In this document: positions 40,132 through 52,415 of the stretch, one piece after another
Layout of the letters: each line of letters begins with the position of its first letter
Position numbering within the stretch: position 1 is the stretch's first letter
Assembly (NCBI GenBank): GCA_964016885.1
Contig: OZ024754.1
Coordinates: 16,244,001 to 16,308,000, forward strand
DNA from: Eledone cirrhosa
Lineage: Eukaryota
DNA length: 64,000 bases
Direction of reading: 5' to 3'
Translations under genes and position numbers: made by a program
Notes under the pieces: model-generated
Seen by the model: the letters and a program-made list of their open reading frames with translations, nothing else
What the model was told of the DNA's origin: nothing
Databases searched by the model: none

Positions 40132-41852
40132 GTAAACAAAATATCATCATTTCTTCTTTTTTTTTTTCTAACTCTTTTGATACAGAAACTGCTCTTGATT
40201 CTATGACGTAAAACTTTATTTTAAAGTTTGTATATTACTTAAAAACCTTCCATCATCATTTTCTGTAAGGATCTTAGTTAAATTGTTCAATTATGTTCCA
40301 AACACTAACTTAATAATGTGAAAATTAGTTTTTTCATACTTCCCTCATCTGGAATGCTACATGCTGTGGCAACCTGGTGCATACCAGCTCAGTTACTCTC
40401 CACGCCGAAGAGAGCAAAATGTCCAAATATTGTCTGCTCTCTGATAGGTTTGTGGTAGCAGTGGAGAATTCTGGCATTCTTGACCCCCTCCCCCCAGACC
40501 ACATCCCTGCTCAGAGGAAAGTTGGCTGCCTGCGAGATGGAGTGGCTGTTCCAGCGTGTCTGCCTCACCATCCTTTCGGGCAATGCATTTGCCATCCTGT
40601 CAGTCGGGACCCAGGGGTGAAGGGTAAAAGTAGGAGGTGGAGGATATTTGTTCAGACGTCACACATACACAAAATAGATTAAATAAAAGAAACAATATTT
40701 GTATTATATTACCTAATTATTTTTCTAGTTAGCTTTCAAATGATCCCAGTTAACAACTTATCTATAGTTTCTTTTATATGGATAGTGTCTCTGGGTTATT
40801 TTATTCGAATAGGCTATGTAGCTGGTAAATGCTAAAGAGATGCAACACACATCACTATAGCGTTTCACCAGCCCCTTCCTTCTGTTGTCTGTATCTGTTT
40901 ATGTATTTAGGTGTAGATGTGTGTGTATGTAACTAAAGCATAACGTACGTTACGAAAGGACGACTAAATGATTTTAACTTGTTTTTTAACAATTGATTTC
41001 AAATTGTCTTAACTCTGGCCGCAACTCAGTGTTTGACACTCTTAACGACTACCTAGCCTCTTCCCATTTTATTAATTGAATACAAAACTACACAATCTTG
41101 TGCAGTAACTGATAGTTCTCCAATCCCTGCCAATTAGGCTACTCCAAGTGTAAAACATGTCTAGAGTTGTCTCCCATATTTGCCAGTATAATTAACCTTT
41201 TAGCATTCACATTACTCTATATATACTATTATATTTTCATGGTAAAGGCTTTTACCTTGCATAATATCGAATCTATGAAATTTTAAAAGTATTTATTTTG
41301 AGAACAATATCTTAACATCAGTTTGAGTGACCAGTTACAGCCAGTTTCAACAGAGAGAGGTAGAGAATTCTGGCCGGTTTGAACATTAAAGGGTTAAAGT
41401 AATAATCAATGATTCATGTTTTTTCCTCACTATAGAATTATTTCTAATAAGTTTGTTAACCCCTTTGTTACCATATTTCACATGAAACACACTGCCTATG
41501 TGTTTCAAACAATTTTGAAAATAATCAAGAATTTTGAGAGATTTAGTAATATAACAAATATAAAAAAAATAGCTACAACGGCGTTAAGGCCAACCCCTGC
41601 TTGAAGCAGAAGTTGGCCTTGCGGACCCCATGACAAGCTTCTCCCCTCATCAACACCCTGACTTTCATGTCCTCCCCATCATCTTTAGCCATGTCTTTTC
41701 AGGTCTTCCTCTTCTACTTCTTTCCATCACTTCTCTCATCTCCTTGTAGTTGTTTTTGTTAAGGTTGTTTGTTAGAAGCCATGCTTAATTATTTATAGTA
41801 TTATTTAATTTTTAACAGTATCAAGTTTTACAAATTGTATTTTCTTTTACAG

Positions 41853-41947
41853 TTCTTTGGGAGGATTTCATGTATGTCATCACTGTATCAAATCGCAAAA
41901 TCTATGTATGCAAACGAATTTATCAACAAGAAGCTGTGAATGTTTGA
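41853..41947 (+). CDS. LAMTOR4: LAMTOR4 last coding exon (VLWEDFMYVITVSNRKIYVCKRIYQQEAVNV*)
   Basis: Acceptor ttttcttttacag, phase 1, TGA at 41945-41947. TVSNRKIYVCKR matches LAMTOR4 TVSGQRVFVVKR. Total protein 95 aa. Confidence 0.92.
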
Positions 41948-42274
41948 AGAAATGATACCTATGTATAAAACCGAATATATGAATGATGTGGTAACTCATT
42001 GTACAAAAACCAACAGATTTAAAGACAGAAAATTGTGACACAGACCTCTTTTGTTTTTTCCCATCTGGTCTTTAAAGACTTTACAGAAACAATTGATTCC
42101 ATGCTCCCATGATTGATGTATTTGAACAGTTTGCCTAATATGTATTTGAACAGTTCGCCTAATATAACTCTATTCCAATCAATTACTTTCCCTCCTCTAA
42201 CTAAAATGAACAGAACAAGACAAAAAATGCTGCCCTCTTTCTTCTCTTTCTGTCTCTTGTCAAGGCTGTTTTAA

Positions 42275-42469
42275 CCCTTTAGCATTTAAACTGGCTGTAT
42301 CCGGTTAGAACTCTCTCACCTCTATCTGTTCAAACTGGCTGCTCATACCTACATTAAGGTATTCTCAAAATAAATAACATCAAAATCTTGTAGATTCGAT
42401 ATTATGTAAGGTAAAGTCTTTACTACGAAAATACAATAGTAAATATAGAATAATGTAAATGCTAAAGGG
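42275..42469. mobile_element. piggyBac-type MITE family 1, just downstream of the LAMTOR4 stop
   Basis: TTAA-CCCTTTAGCATTTA ... TAAATGCTAAAGGG-TTAA, perfect 14-bp TIR. Confidence 0.88.
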
Positions 42470-43617
42470 TTAACTATGATATTTCTTTAGGATGTAATTC
42501 CCTCTTATATATGCTAACGCAGACAGACACACACACGCTATTAAGTATGAATGTGTGTGTGTAAATACACAGACACGCACACTATTAAATATGAATATGT
42601 GTGTGTACATACAGAGATACTATTATTAAACTTCTGGGTGTTCCAGGCGCATTATATCGCCGATAGAGTAATCTCCCCTTAATACATAATACAGTGTCAA
42701 GGGAAGTCATTCATAAAAAGTTCTAGTGTGTTAAAGGTTAAATATGAATATATGTGTGTCCATAGAGAAATAGGACAATAGTAGAAAGACTAACTATATT
42801 TTCCTGTTTTGTTTTTCTACATACATGTTTGTATTTAACACACATAAATATATTCTTTGAACAATTCCTAAATTATATTTGCTTTTAACATGCAAGATTT
42901 TATTGAAGAGTAATATTTACTGTTTCTGTAATTGAAACTAGAAACTACTCACATACATTCACACACATGTAATTGAAATTAGAAACCACACACACACACG
43001 TACATATATACATACACGTGCATACACACACACAGACCTACATACACACACACATGTAACAGAAACTAGAAACTACTCTGTCCAAACTGTTTGAAATTTA
43101 CACACACACACAAATGCACAATATAAATGCACTACATTAGTCATTGGTTGTTTTTTAATTGTGGAAATGTTTAGGCTGTTGGGGGTGGCTGAGGAAGTGT
43201 GTTACTGGACTTGGTACAATTTGATGTTACTCCAGTTGACTCTATCACTCCTCGACAAATCACTTGGCATTATTGACTGCGTTAAAGAAATCAATATAAA
43301 ATCTCCTTTTATATTTGAGATTTTAAAAGCTTTGAAATAGTTTATTATTTATTTTTTATTGAAGCTTTAAGAATAAAAAAGGCTTTAGGTGTACCACCTG
43401 GCCAATCATAACAAGGTGTATCTTATAAACAAAGGAAGAATATACTAGTTGATGTGATTAACGTGTTATACATGTGTTCAAAGGCTGGTTTTGAGCCAGA
43501 GATTTAAAGGATATAATATGATATTGATTTAGAAATACTTTCTTTAATTACTATTTGTGTATTATTTTCTGTACTAAATAATTTACTTCTCCTTATTTGA
43601 TAAAATAATTTCATTAA

Positions 43618-43819
43618 CTCTTAACGTCCTGTACCACATTAGCGAGATATTCTTCAAAAGTATAGCACAGCACTTTGAGTACATCACATTAAAAATTACA
43701 TTTTTTTACTCTAAAACTGCAAATTTCTACAATGATCTGTCCTCTAAAGACTCTATATAAAGTATATAAAGGCATTAAAAACATTTAATTTAACAAGTCT
43801 TTATATGGGATGTTAAGAG
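43618..43819. mobile_element. TTAA-flanked MITE family 3
   Basis: TTAA-CTCTTAACGTCC ... GGATGTTAAGAG-TTAA. Related sequence at ~1126-1320 and, internally duplicated, ~11245-11560. Confidence 0.7.
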
Positions 43820-44221
43820 TTAAAGATGTTTCTGTTCAACTCACTTAGATTAGAATATTTTAATTTATTTACATTATGTAAATTATATATATTTTACTTT
43901 GTTTTCTTCAAATTTCTTCCAGTTCTTTTGTGTGTGTGTGTGTGTGTGTGTTTTATGTTAACCTTCAAGAGCTCCAATGTAGCCATGATGTGTTCAAAGA
44001 AAAATGACAGTTTATAAAGAAATGTATCCAACTGTATATGCTTTCTTCCTGAATAAGATCTCTTCTCCTTCCTTACAAATCCAGCTGATTATTTCATAAA
44101 ATATATATACATATATATATATGAAATAAATAAATAAAAAATGACAAAAAGCATCTTTCATAAAAAGAACCTGTATTTGTCTTTCATGTGTATATAGATT
44201 TTAATCAATTTTTGTTTAATT

Positions 44222-44554
44222 CAGAGTTTCTCAAAGTGGGTGCTACCATCCCCTGGGGCATTGAGAAGGTCCAGGGGTGCTGTGGCCTTAGGGGTTGATA
44301 GAGATGATATAATAGTATATTAAATATCAAATGATATATATATATATATATATATATAGTAAAATAAAAAGTATATAATATTTCTTTATACATGGTATAT
44401 ATTATATTATTTATTATATATAAATTAACGATTTTACTTATATATTATTTATAATTTACGTGTTGATAGATCTCTCTGAAAGTAGGGATGGGGGACGCTG
44501 AGGGTATTTCGTGGCTGTGAAGGGGGCAGTGGCACCAAAACTTGAGGACCTCTG
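44222..44554. mobile_element. hAT-type MITE
   Basis: 8-bp TSD GTTTAATT (44214-44221, 44555-44562), imperfect TIR CAGAGTTTCTCAA / TTGAGGACCTCTG. Confidence 0.8.
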
Positions 44555-45075
44555 GTTTAATTCATCATTATTTCGGTTGCTCTCTTTTCTCTCTTAAATT
44601 GGTGTTTATAATATCTAATATATCAGCAGCAGCAGTAGTATTTAGGTCTGTTCCCACTGCAGGCAAGGGTCAGATGGATCATCACTAACTAAATCTCTAA
44701 TTAAATGAAGCTACTGACACTGGGATACAGCTTACACACATTCCTGCACACACACATACTCTCGCCCCCCTACCTCTCTATCTTGCTTTCTCTTTCTCTC
44801 TTCCCTCCTCTCTCTCTCTCTGGAGTGCATTTTATCATGGCACCAGCACTTAGGAAGTTGTCATGTCCTTGACACAACTTTATGCTTTGTAAGGTTTTCT
44901 ATGGCTGGATGCCCTTCCTATCACCCACCACTTCACAAAATGTACTGGGTGTGTTAGATTGTATCACCAACAATACAGAGATTGTTGTGCTCTTCACATA
45001 AGTGAAAGGTCCTCTTGATCATTTATTATTTTATTTTATTTTGTTGTTTTAGAATTGCTGAGTTGAAATTGAGTG

Positions 45076-46990
45076 CACCAGCACTACCATTTTACAGGTA
45101 GACTGTGTACCTTTTGTGATACCAACACTACCACCTTACAGGGCAGACTGCCTTTTGTTGTGACACCAACACTACCACCTTACAGGTAGACTGTGTACCT
45201 TTTGTTGTGACACTAACACTACCATTTTACAGGTAGACTGTGTACCTTTTGTTGTGACACTAACACTACCACCTTACAGGGCAGACTGTGCCTTTTGTTG
45301 TGACACCAACACTACCACCTTACAGGGCAGACTGTGCCTTTTGTTGTGACACCAACACTACCACCTTACAGGTAGACTGTGTACCTTTTGTTGTGACACC
45401 AACACTACCACCTTACAGGGCAGACTGTGCCTTTTGTTGTGACACCAACACTACCATTTTACAGGTAGACTGTGTACCTTTTGTTGTGACACCAACACTA
45501 CCACCTTACAGGGCAGACTGGGCCTTTTGTTGTGACACCAACACTACCACCTTACAGGGCAGACTGTGCCTTTTGTTGTGACACCAACACTACCACCTTA
45601 CAGGTAGACTGTGTACCTTTTGTTGTGACACCAACACTACCACCTTACAGGGCAGACTGTGCCTTTTGTTGTGACACCAACACTACCATTTTACAGGTAG
45701 ACTGTGTACCTTTTGTTGTGACACCAACACTACCACCTTACAGGGCAGACTGGGCCTTTTGTTGTGACACCAACACTACCACCTTACAGGTAGACTGTGT
45801 ACCTTTTGTTGTGACACTAACACTACCACCTTACAGGGCAGACTGTGCCTTTTGTTGTGACACCAATACTACCACCTTACAGGGCAGACTGTGCCTTTTG
45901 TTGTGACACCAACACTACCACCTTACAGGGCAGACTGTACCTTTTGTTGTGACACCAACACTACCATTTTACAGGTAGACTGTGTGCCTTTTGTTGTGAC
46001 ACCAACACTACCACCTTACAGGGCAGACTGTGCCTTTTGTTGTGACACCAACACTACCATTTTACAGGTAGACTGTGTACTTTTTGTTGTGACACCAACA
46101 CTACCACCTTACAGGGCAGACTGTACCTTTTGTTGTGACACCAACACTACCATTTTACAGGTAGACTGTGTACCTTTTGTTGTGACACCAACACTACCAC
46201 CTTACAGGGCAGACTGTGCCTTTTGTTGTGACACCAACACTACCATTTTACAGGTAGACTGTGTACCTTTTGTTGTGACACCAACACTACCACCTTACAG
46301 GGCAGACTGTACCTTTTGTTGTGACACCAACGCTACCACCTTACAGGGCAGAATGTGCCTTTTGTTGTGACACCAACACTACCACCTTACAGGGCAGACT
46401 GTGCCTTTTGTTGTGACACCAACACTACCATTTTACAGGTAGACTGTGTACCTTTTGTTGTGACACCAACACTACCACCTTACAGGGCAGACTGTGCCTT
46501 TTGTTGTGACACCAACACTACCACCTTACAGGTAGACTGTGCCTTTTGTTGTGACACCAGCACTACCATTTTACAGGCAGACTGTGCCTTTTGTTGTGAC
46601 ACCAACACTACCACCTTACAGGCCAGACTGTGCCTTTTGTTGTGACACCAGCACTACCATTTTACAGGGTAGACTGTGTCTTGTCGTGATACCAACACTA
46701 CCACCATACCATGTGTACTAAGTGCTTTTTGTTGTGGCACCAGCACTACCACTTCAGTGTGGACTGGGTGATTTTTGTGGCACCAGCAATATCACCTTAC
46801 AGTGTGAACTGGGTACTTTTTTTCGTGGTGCCAGCACTACCACCCTACAAAATGGATAGAAGCTTTTTGTTGTGACTACAGCACTACCACTTTACAAGGT
46901 GGACTGGGTGTTTTTGTCATGGCACCAGCACTATCACTTTACAAGGTGGACTGAGTGTTTTTGTCATGGCACTAGCACTAACACCTCACA
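45076..46990 (-). repeat. 46/47-bp minisatellite with a 93-bp dimeric organisation
   Basis: Mostly alternating units gacaccaacactaccaccttacagggcagactgtgccttttgttgt (46) and gacaccaacactaccattttacaggtagactgtgtaccttttgttgt (47). Reverse complement is similar to the 48-bp array. Confidence 0.93.
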
Positions 46991-47859
46991 GCACAGACTT
47001 TCAAATATTAACATTGGCTTTATATCACCTAGTATGCTTGTCCTCATTACCATCAGTCATAACAAGTACATTATTGTTAGGTTAGTAAATGTAAAAAGAT
47101 GCCAGCTGTAGAACATCTGTTACAGGAATTTGTATAAACCTTTGAAAACACTCCAACCATAGAGGATCAGTCACAGATGGTAGAGTTATCAAAGTATTGA
47201 CTTTACATTTAAGAGGTTGACAGTCTTTTGTATTTTTAAGATAGTGTTTTAAGATAGTAATTTATCATTAGTATTCATGACTCTAAATACTATAATAGGG
47301 TGTCATGTCACCAACACTACCATTTTACAAGGTGGACTGGGTTTTTTTGTCATGGCACCATCATTTCAAATCTTGTTGAAGTTAGCTTTGCCTTTCATCC
47401 TTACGGGGTCGATAAAATAAAGTACCAGTAATGTACTGGGGTCGATTTAATCAACTTTCCCTTCTCCCCAAATTGCTGGCCATGTACCTATAGTAGAAAT
47501 CACTATGATAGGTTGAATTGCACTATAACTTAATGAACTACATGTCTATTTTAAATGAAATTATGCTTTACTGACGAGGCCATAATAAGACTGAAACGTT
47601 TCGTCTCTCAAAATACCAGAAATAATTCAAATAATAAATATTGCTTTTTCCTCAACACATATTTATTTCTAGTTAGCTTTTTAATGCTTTTCGTGTATAT
47701 ATTGTTAGAAGTGGAGAAGGGTAAGGTAATCTGCTTAGCCATACTGTCGTGATGCTGTTACTGATATACAAGTTGAAGAGCTCCAGGTATGGATGGTTTT
47801 CTGTCTGCTCCCTTTTCGGCCATAGGTCAACTCAAGAGTGGTAAGGCCCAAAGACTCAA

Positions 47860-48095
47860 TAATATCCCCCCGGAATTCTGAATACACTACAGGTCAAGAT
47901 GCCAGGAATGACTCAGAGAGTTCTACTCTGGCAGCTTTATCAACCAAACCATATCAAAGATCTGTTGGAAGGCTACAGTCATTGCCCTTCCAAAACCAAA
48001 CAAACTTGTAGATGATCCAAAGAGCTATAGACCAATCTCCCTTTGGTTTGTCCCCTTCAAACTCCTGGAGTGACTTCTAGCTAGACTGGAACCAA
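47860..48095 (+). mobile_element. Non-LTR retrotransposon RT fragment
   Basis: Reads WKATVIALPKPNKLVDDPKSYRPISL, the conserved YRPISL RT motif; disrupted downstream. Confidence 0.75.
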
Positions 48096-49748
48096 TTGGA
48101 ACATTACATTAAATCATCAACCTGACCAATTCTGCAACACCCTAGACAACGAAAGCCTTGTCCTGAAGACCAGCAGACCACCACCACCACCATCATCATT
48201 TAATGTCTATTTTCCTTTTTAGAAAATAATAAAATAAAAGGAATGATGTTGTAGGGAGGGAAATAGTGTATTAGTGAAGAAGAGGGTGGAGAGATGTTGA
48301 ACTAAATAGCAATAAGCTCGAAAAATGGGAGACAATTGTTTTGTGAGTTTGGCGTGGGGTTTAAGTCCTGAGCAATGGAAAATCAACTTACCAAAATTTT
48401 TCTGCGTATAGGCATTAGACTACCAGCTCCAAATTCATTAATTGTACATTAAATCTTTTTGTTATTATATTTCTCATGAAAAACACTACCCAAAGAATTT
48501 CAAATAATTTTGAAAATAATCGAGAATTTGAGGGGGATTTAGTAATATAACTAACTTTCTCATTATTAAGCTGATGCTTGGAAGATAATTTAACAAAGGT
48601 TCTCATGTAGAATTATTAAGGAAGGTTTTTAAATAAATATAAACACTTCAAAACAAATTGTTTTGAATCATGGGGAAACAGTTGGTTTTGAGCAATTTGG
48701 TATGAAAACCTGCTCTGGTTCTATGAATTAAAACCACCCATTTTAATGGTTTACAATTTAAATTAAAATCTTCCAGCATAATTTCATATAAGAACTTTAC
48801 ATTAAGTTACTATCTTACTAATGAAATAATTAATAATTTTAGTAAATCCCTCAAAATTCTTAATTAATTAAAATAGAATGTATTTCATTAGAAATGTGGC
48901 CATGAAAGGGTTCAGGAATACTCATTATTGTACAGTGCTTCAATTCACCTAGATGCGAGAAATCTGAGGAATTTTACCACAATACAATGAAAACTGACTA
49001 TTCAGTATTCATTGTATTGGTTTTGTTTCAATTGACGTCTCCTGCTGGCTATATCTACTGGCTAAATCTACAAAAAAAGCTAACTTTAAGCATAAAACCA
49101 TATAAAAGTTATGATAGGTACTCTTAAATTTTTTTATTGATAAGAAAGTTAAAATTTAATCCCAATAATGCAATCATCTTAAAACTTTGAAATATAATTT
49201 TTATATTTATTTATTTTTAATGACACTATGACAATTATTGAAATTTTAAAAACTAATACTTTATCTTTTTAACCTTTCAAACAATATATTTTTTATGAGA
49301 CAGTAACTAATAAAAAAATATATGTTGTAAGAGAAAATCAATAATTGGTAAAAAGATTAATTTATATCAGAATAAAAGAAAATGTAATATTTGTATTTAT
49401 ATTTTTTTTTAAATACCAGATTTTATTGAAACTGATACATGCACATCATCATCATCATCATCATCATCATTTAACGTCTATCGTCCACGCTAGCATGGGT
49501 TAGACGGGAGTTGTCCCACTTGACAGAGTTATCGGGTGACCATGTCTCACTCATATAGGACTATCTGGCAGGTTTTCTATGACTGGATGCCCTTCCTAAC
49601 ACCAACAACATTTACAGTGTGGACTGGGAGCTTTTTACTGTGTTACCTATACACATATATATATATATCAGAATGGAGGCGGTAAAAACCAGTTAGAACA
49701 TTACTCACCAGAGTACTCAATACTTGGGGTAGTAGAGTGGATAATATG

Positions 49749-49851
49749 AAAAATTCATGACCCCGACGGCTGAGCTTCGGCTGTTTCAACAGGAAGTTTG
49801 GATCTAGCTGTTGAAACGGCCAGAGCTCAGCCGTCAGGGTCCTGAATTTTT
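49749..49851. repeat. GC-rich inverted repeat, 44-bp arms, 15-nt loop
   Basis: aaaaattcatgaccccgacggctgagcttcggctgtttcaacag / ctgttgaaacggccagagctcagccgtcagggtcctgaattttt. Confidence 0.88.
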
Positions 49852-50499
49852 TTATATATAATAAAATAATAATAAAATAGAATAAAAAAACAACAGAATC
49901 TACACAAGTCATGAAAATCATCATCATAGATTCATTTTCCATGGATTGAATGGACTGTTATGGTCCAAGACAAGACATAGTTATCCGACAATGTCTTATT
50001 GATATGTGCTATAATTGGATGAACCATGTTACAGAGTGTGCTAGGTGCATTTTATCATGGCACCAACAATCAACTTACTCTTCCCCCAAAATTTACTGGC
50101 CTTGTGCCTAAATTAGAAATCAATATTTCAGAACTAGAGATGGAGGTGTTAAAATATTGTGTAGGTGTCTTCTAGGCCAGCCAGAAATAAGCATAGTGAT
50201 GCCCTTGTAACCGAGGTCAACTAAATTGTTGACATTACCTACATAGTTGGTTTTAGTCCTACAACTAAGTAGTAGTGATTACCAACTGGAGTCTTGTAAT
50301 CCAGTTCATTGATTAAACTCAATGCTTCCTGCCCACATTCAAACTGATAAGTATTCACATGAACTTCCTATGTGAATTAAAATGTGAGGTGTCAGTGAAG
50401 TTGCCCATTTAAACTATTTGATAATTTATTCTTTTCTGAAACTATAGCACACTCAGAACTGCATCCACCCCAACATAAAACCACCTACACTCATGTACA

Positions 50500-51154
50500 G
50501 CAACACACATATATACACCCACACGCATATATACACCCACACGCATATATACACAAATACACACACTCATACACAAACACAAATTCACACATACACAAAC
50601 ACAAATACATACACTCACATACACAAATACACACACAGACAAATATACACAAACACAAATACACACACACAGAGAACTATAATAATAGGATTGGGCTGAG
50701 GCCTGATGAACACAAACCTGCATATTGAATTCCTTACTAAACTCATTACCTACTGTCACCTTAGTAACAGCTCCTCTCTACATGGCACAAAACCTGACAT
50801 TTTCACTAATTAATTGTGCTAAAACTCTTTCTGTCACTTATCGATCCCAGGGTCGATTCTTCCTCTAAACCTTTTTCTCCCCCCCCCTCCTCTTCCAGAA
50901 GAAATCGGCCGAATGACCCCATACAGGTGGTCATACATACATACATATACACACACATGCATATCAATACATACATACACACATACATACATACATACAC
51001 ACACATACATATTAATAGATACATATATACATACACACACACACACACACACACATACATACATACATACATACATACATACATACATACATACATACAC
51101 ATACATATTAATAGATACATATATACATACACACATATACACACACACATATCA

Positions 51155-51199
<45 letters not shown>

Positions 51200-51208
51200 T
51201 ACATACAT

Positions 51209-51271
<63 letters not shown>

Positions 51272-51290
51272 TATCAATACATACATACCA
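50500..51290. repeat. (CA)n/(CATA)n compound microsatellites
   Basis: Seen directly at 50500-50670 and 50932-51290. Confidence 0.9.
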
Positions 51291-51880
51291 TTAGTAGCAA
51301 TGTTTAAATATGAAAACCTTTCCAAAGGTTCAGCTTTAGACTGAATCTATGTTTGTATGAACATCAATGAAAGAATCTTTGAAACAGGGTTTTGTTGCTC
51401 AGTTGCATGAAATTAGAAATGAGAAAAATGCACAGAGAAATATAGATTCTGTACTTTCCCAAGTTTGCAAGAAAACTTCCATGGAAGAATGAGTTATACT
51501 GAAAAATGTAAACATTAAATAGTTTTATGGTTAATCAAATGTATGATAAAGAAAAAAATGCTATCACTTTATAGAAATAAATATCCTCGCCTACATTTAT
51601 GGACTTACACAAAGAGAAAATAAATACATATTTATATGTAAATAGGACGAGGAAGTTTGTACAAACAATTGGCTTAGTGGCTCATGTTTTAGAGCACATC
51701 CAGTTAAAGTGAATTTTTTCTCACACTTTCCTTCAGGTTTGATAAAATATAAGATTCAGAATGAATCATAATTAACTAACTCTACATCATATAAAATATC
51801 GCCTTTCATCTAAGAATGAAAGTATTTATATCTTTAACTAAGTCCGTGATGCCCCTTAATGTACACCTACACACGGCACA

Positions 51881-52049
51881 TAAATATATGTCTAGTTGTT
51901 TCCAAATCTACGCACACAAATCTAACCTATGAATATACACAGAAATATTTGATAAATTTCTTTAAATATATGTCTAGTTGTTTCCAAATCCACACACACA
52001 AACCTAACCTATGAATATACACAGAAATATTTGATAAATTTCTTTAAAT
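51881..52049. repeat. 82-bp tandem duplication
   Basis: taaatatatgtctagttgtttccaaatc... occurs at 51881 and 51963. Confidence 0.9.
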
Positions 52050-52415
52050 CATGCTTTACAGAAAGATTCAAAATTATTTATTTTCTAATCAGTAACTTAT
52101 CTCAATACTTATTGTCTAATAGGCCCTAAATACCTGGTGGTAACTTCAGCTGATTTCTTCCAGAGATGAAGAGACAGGGAGAAAGAGATATAGAGAAAGA
52201 ATCTGCCCTATTATGAGACTGGCACTTTATTTATCAACCTCGAAAGGATGAAAGTTAACTTCGTCATCTTTTGAACTCGGGGAGTGAAGAGAGCTGGAAC
52301 AAATACTGCCAAGTATTCTATCCAACATTACTACAATTCTGCTTATTTACCATCTTCAATTTCAAAGTAAGGAAAGATAAAATTAGATTTAGTAGAATTT
52401 AACATATTGCATAAT

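Noticed and set aside
45288-46721. Cys-rich repetitive ORFs
   Set aside because: Artefact of the 93-bp dimer; frequent frame changes.
48385-48430. Minus-strand ATG...TTG|GTAAGT mini-exon (MPIRRKIL)
   Set aside because: Isolated donor with no partner exons or homology identified.
50442-51344. HT/CV-repeat ORFs (also 58208-60437)
   Set aside because: CA/TG microsatellite translations.
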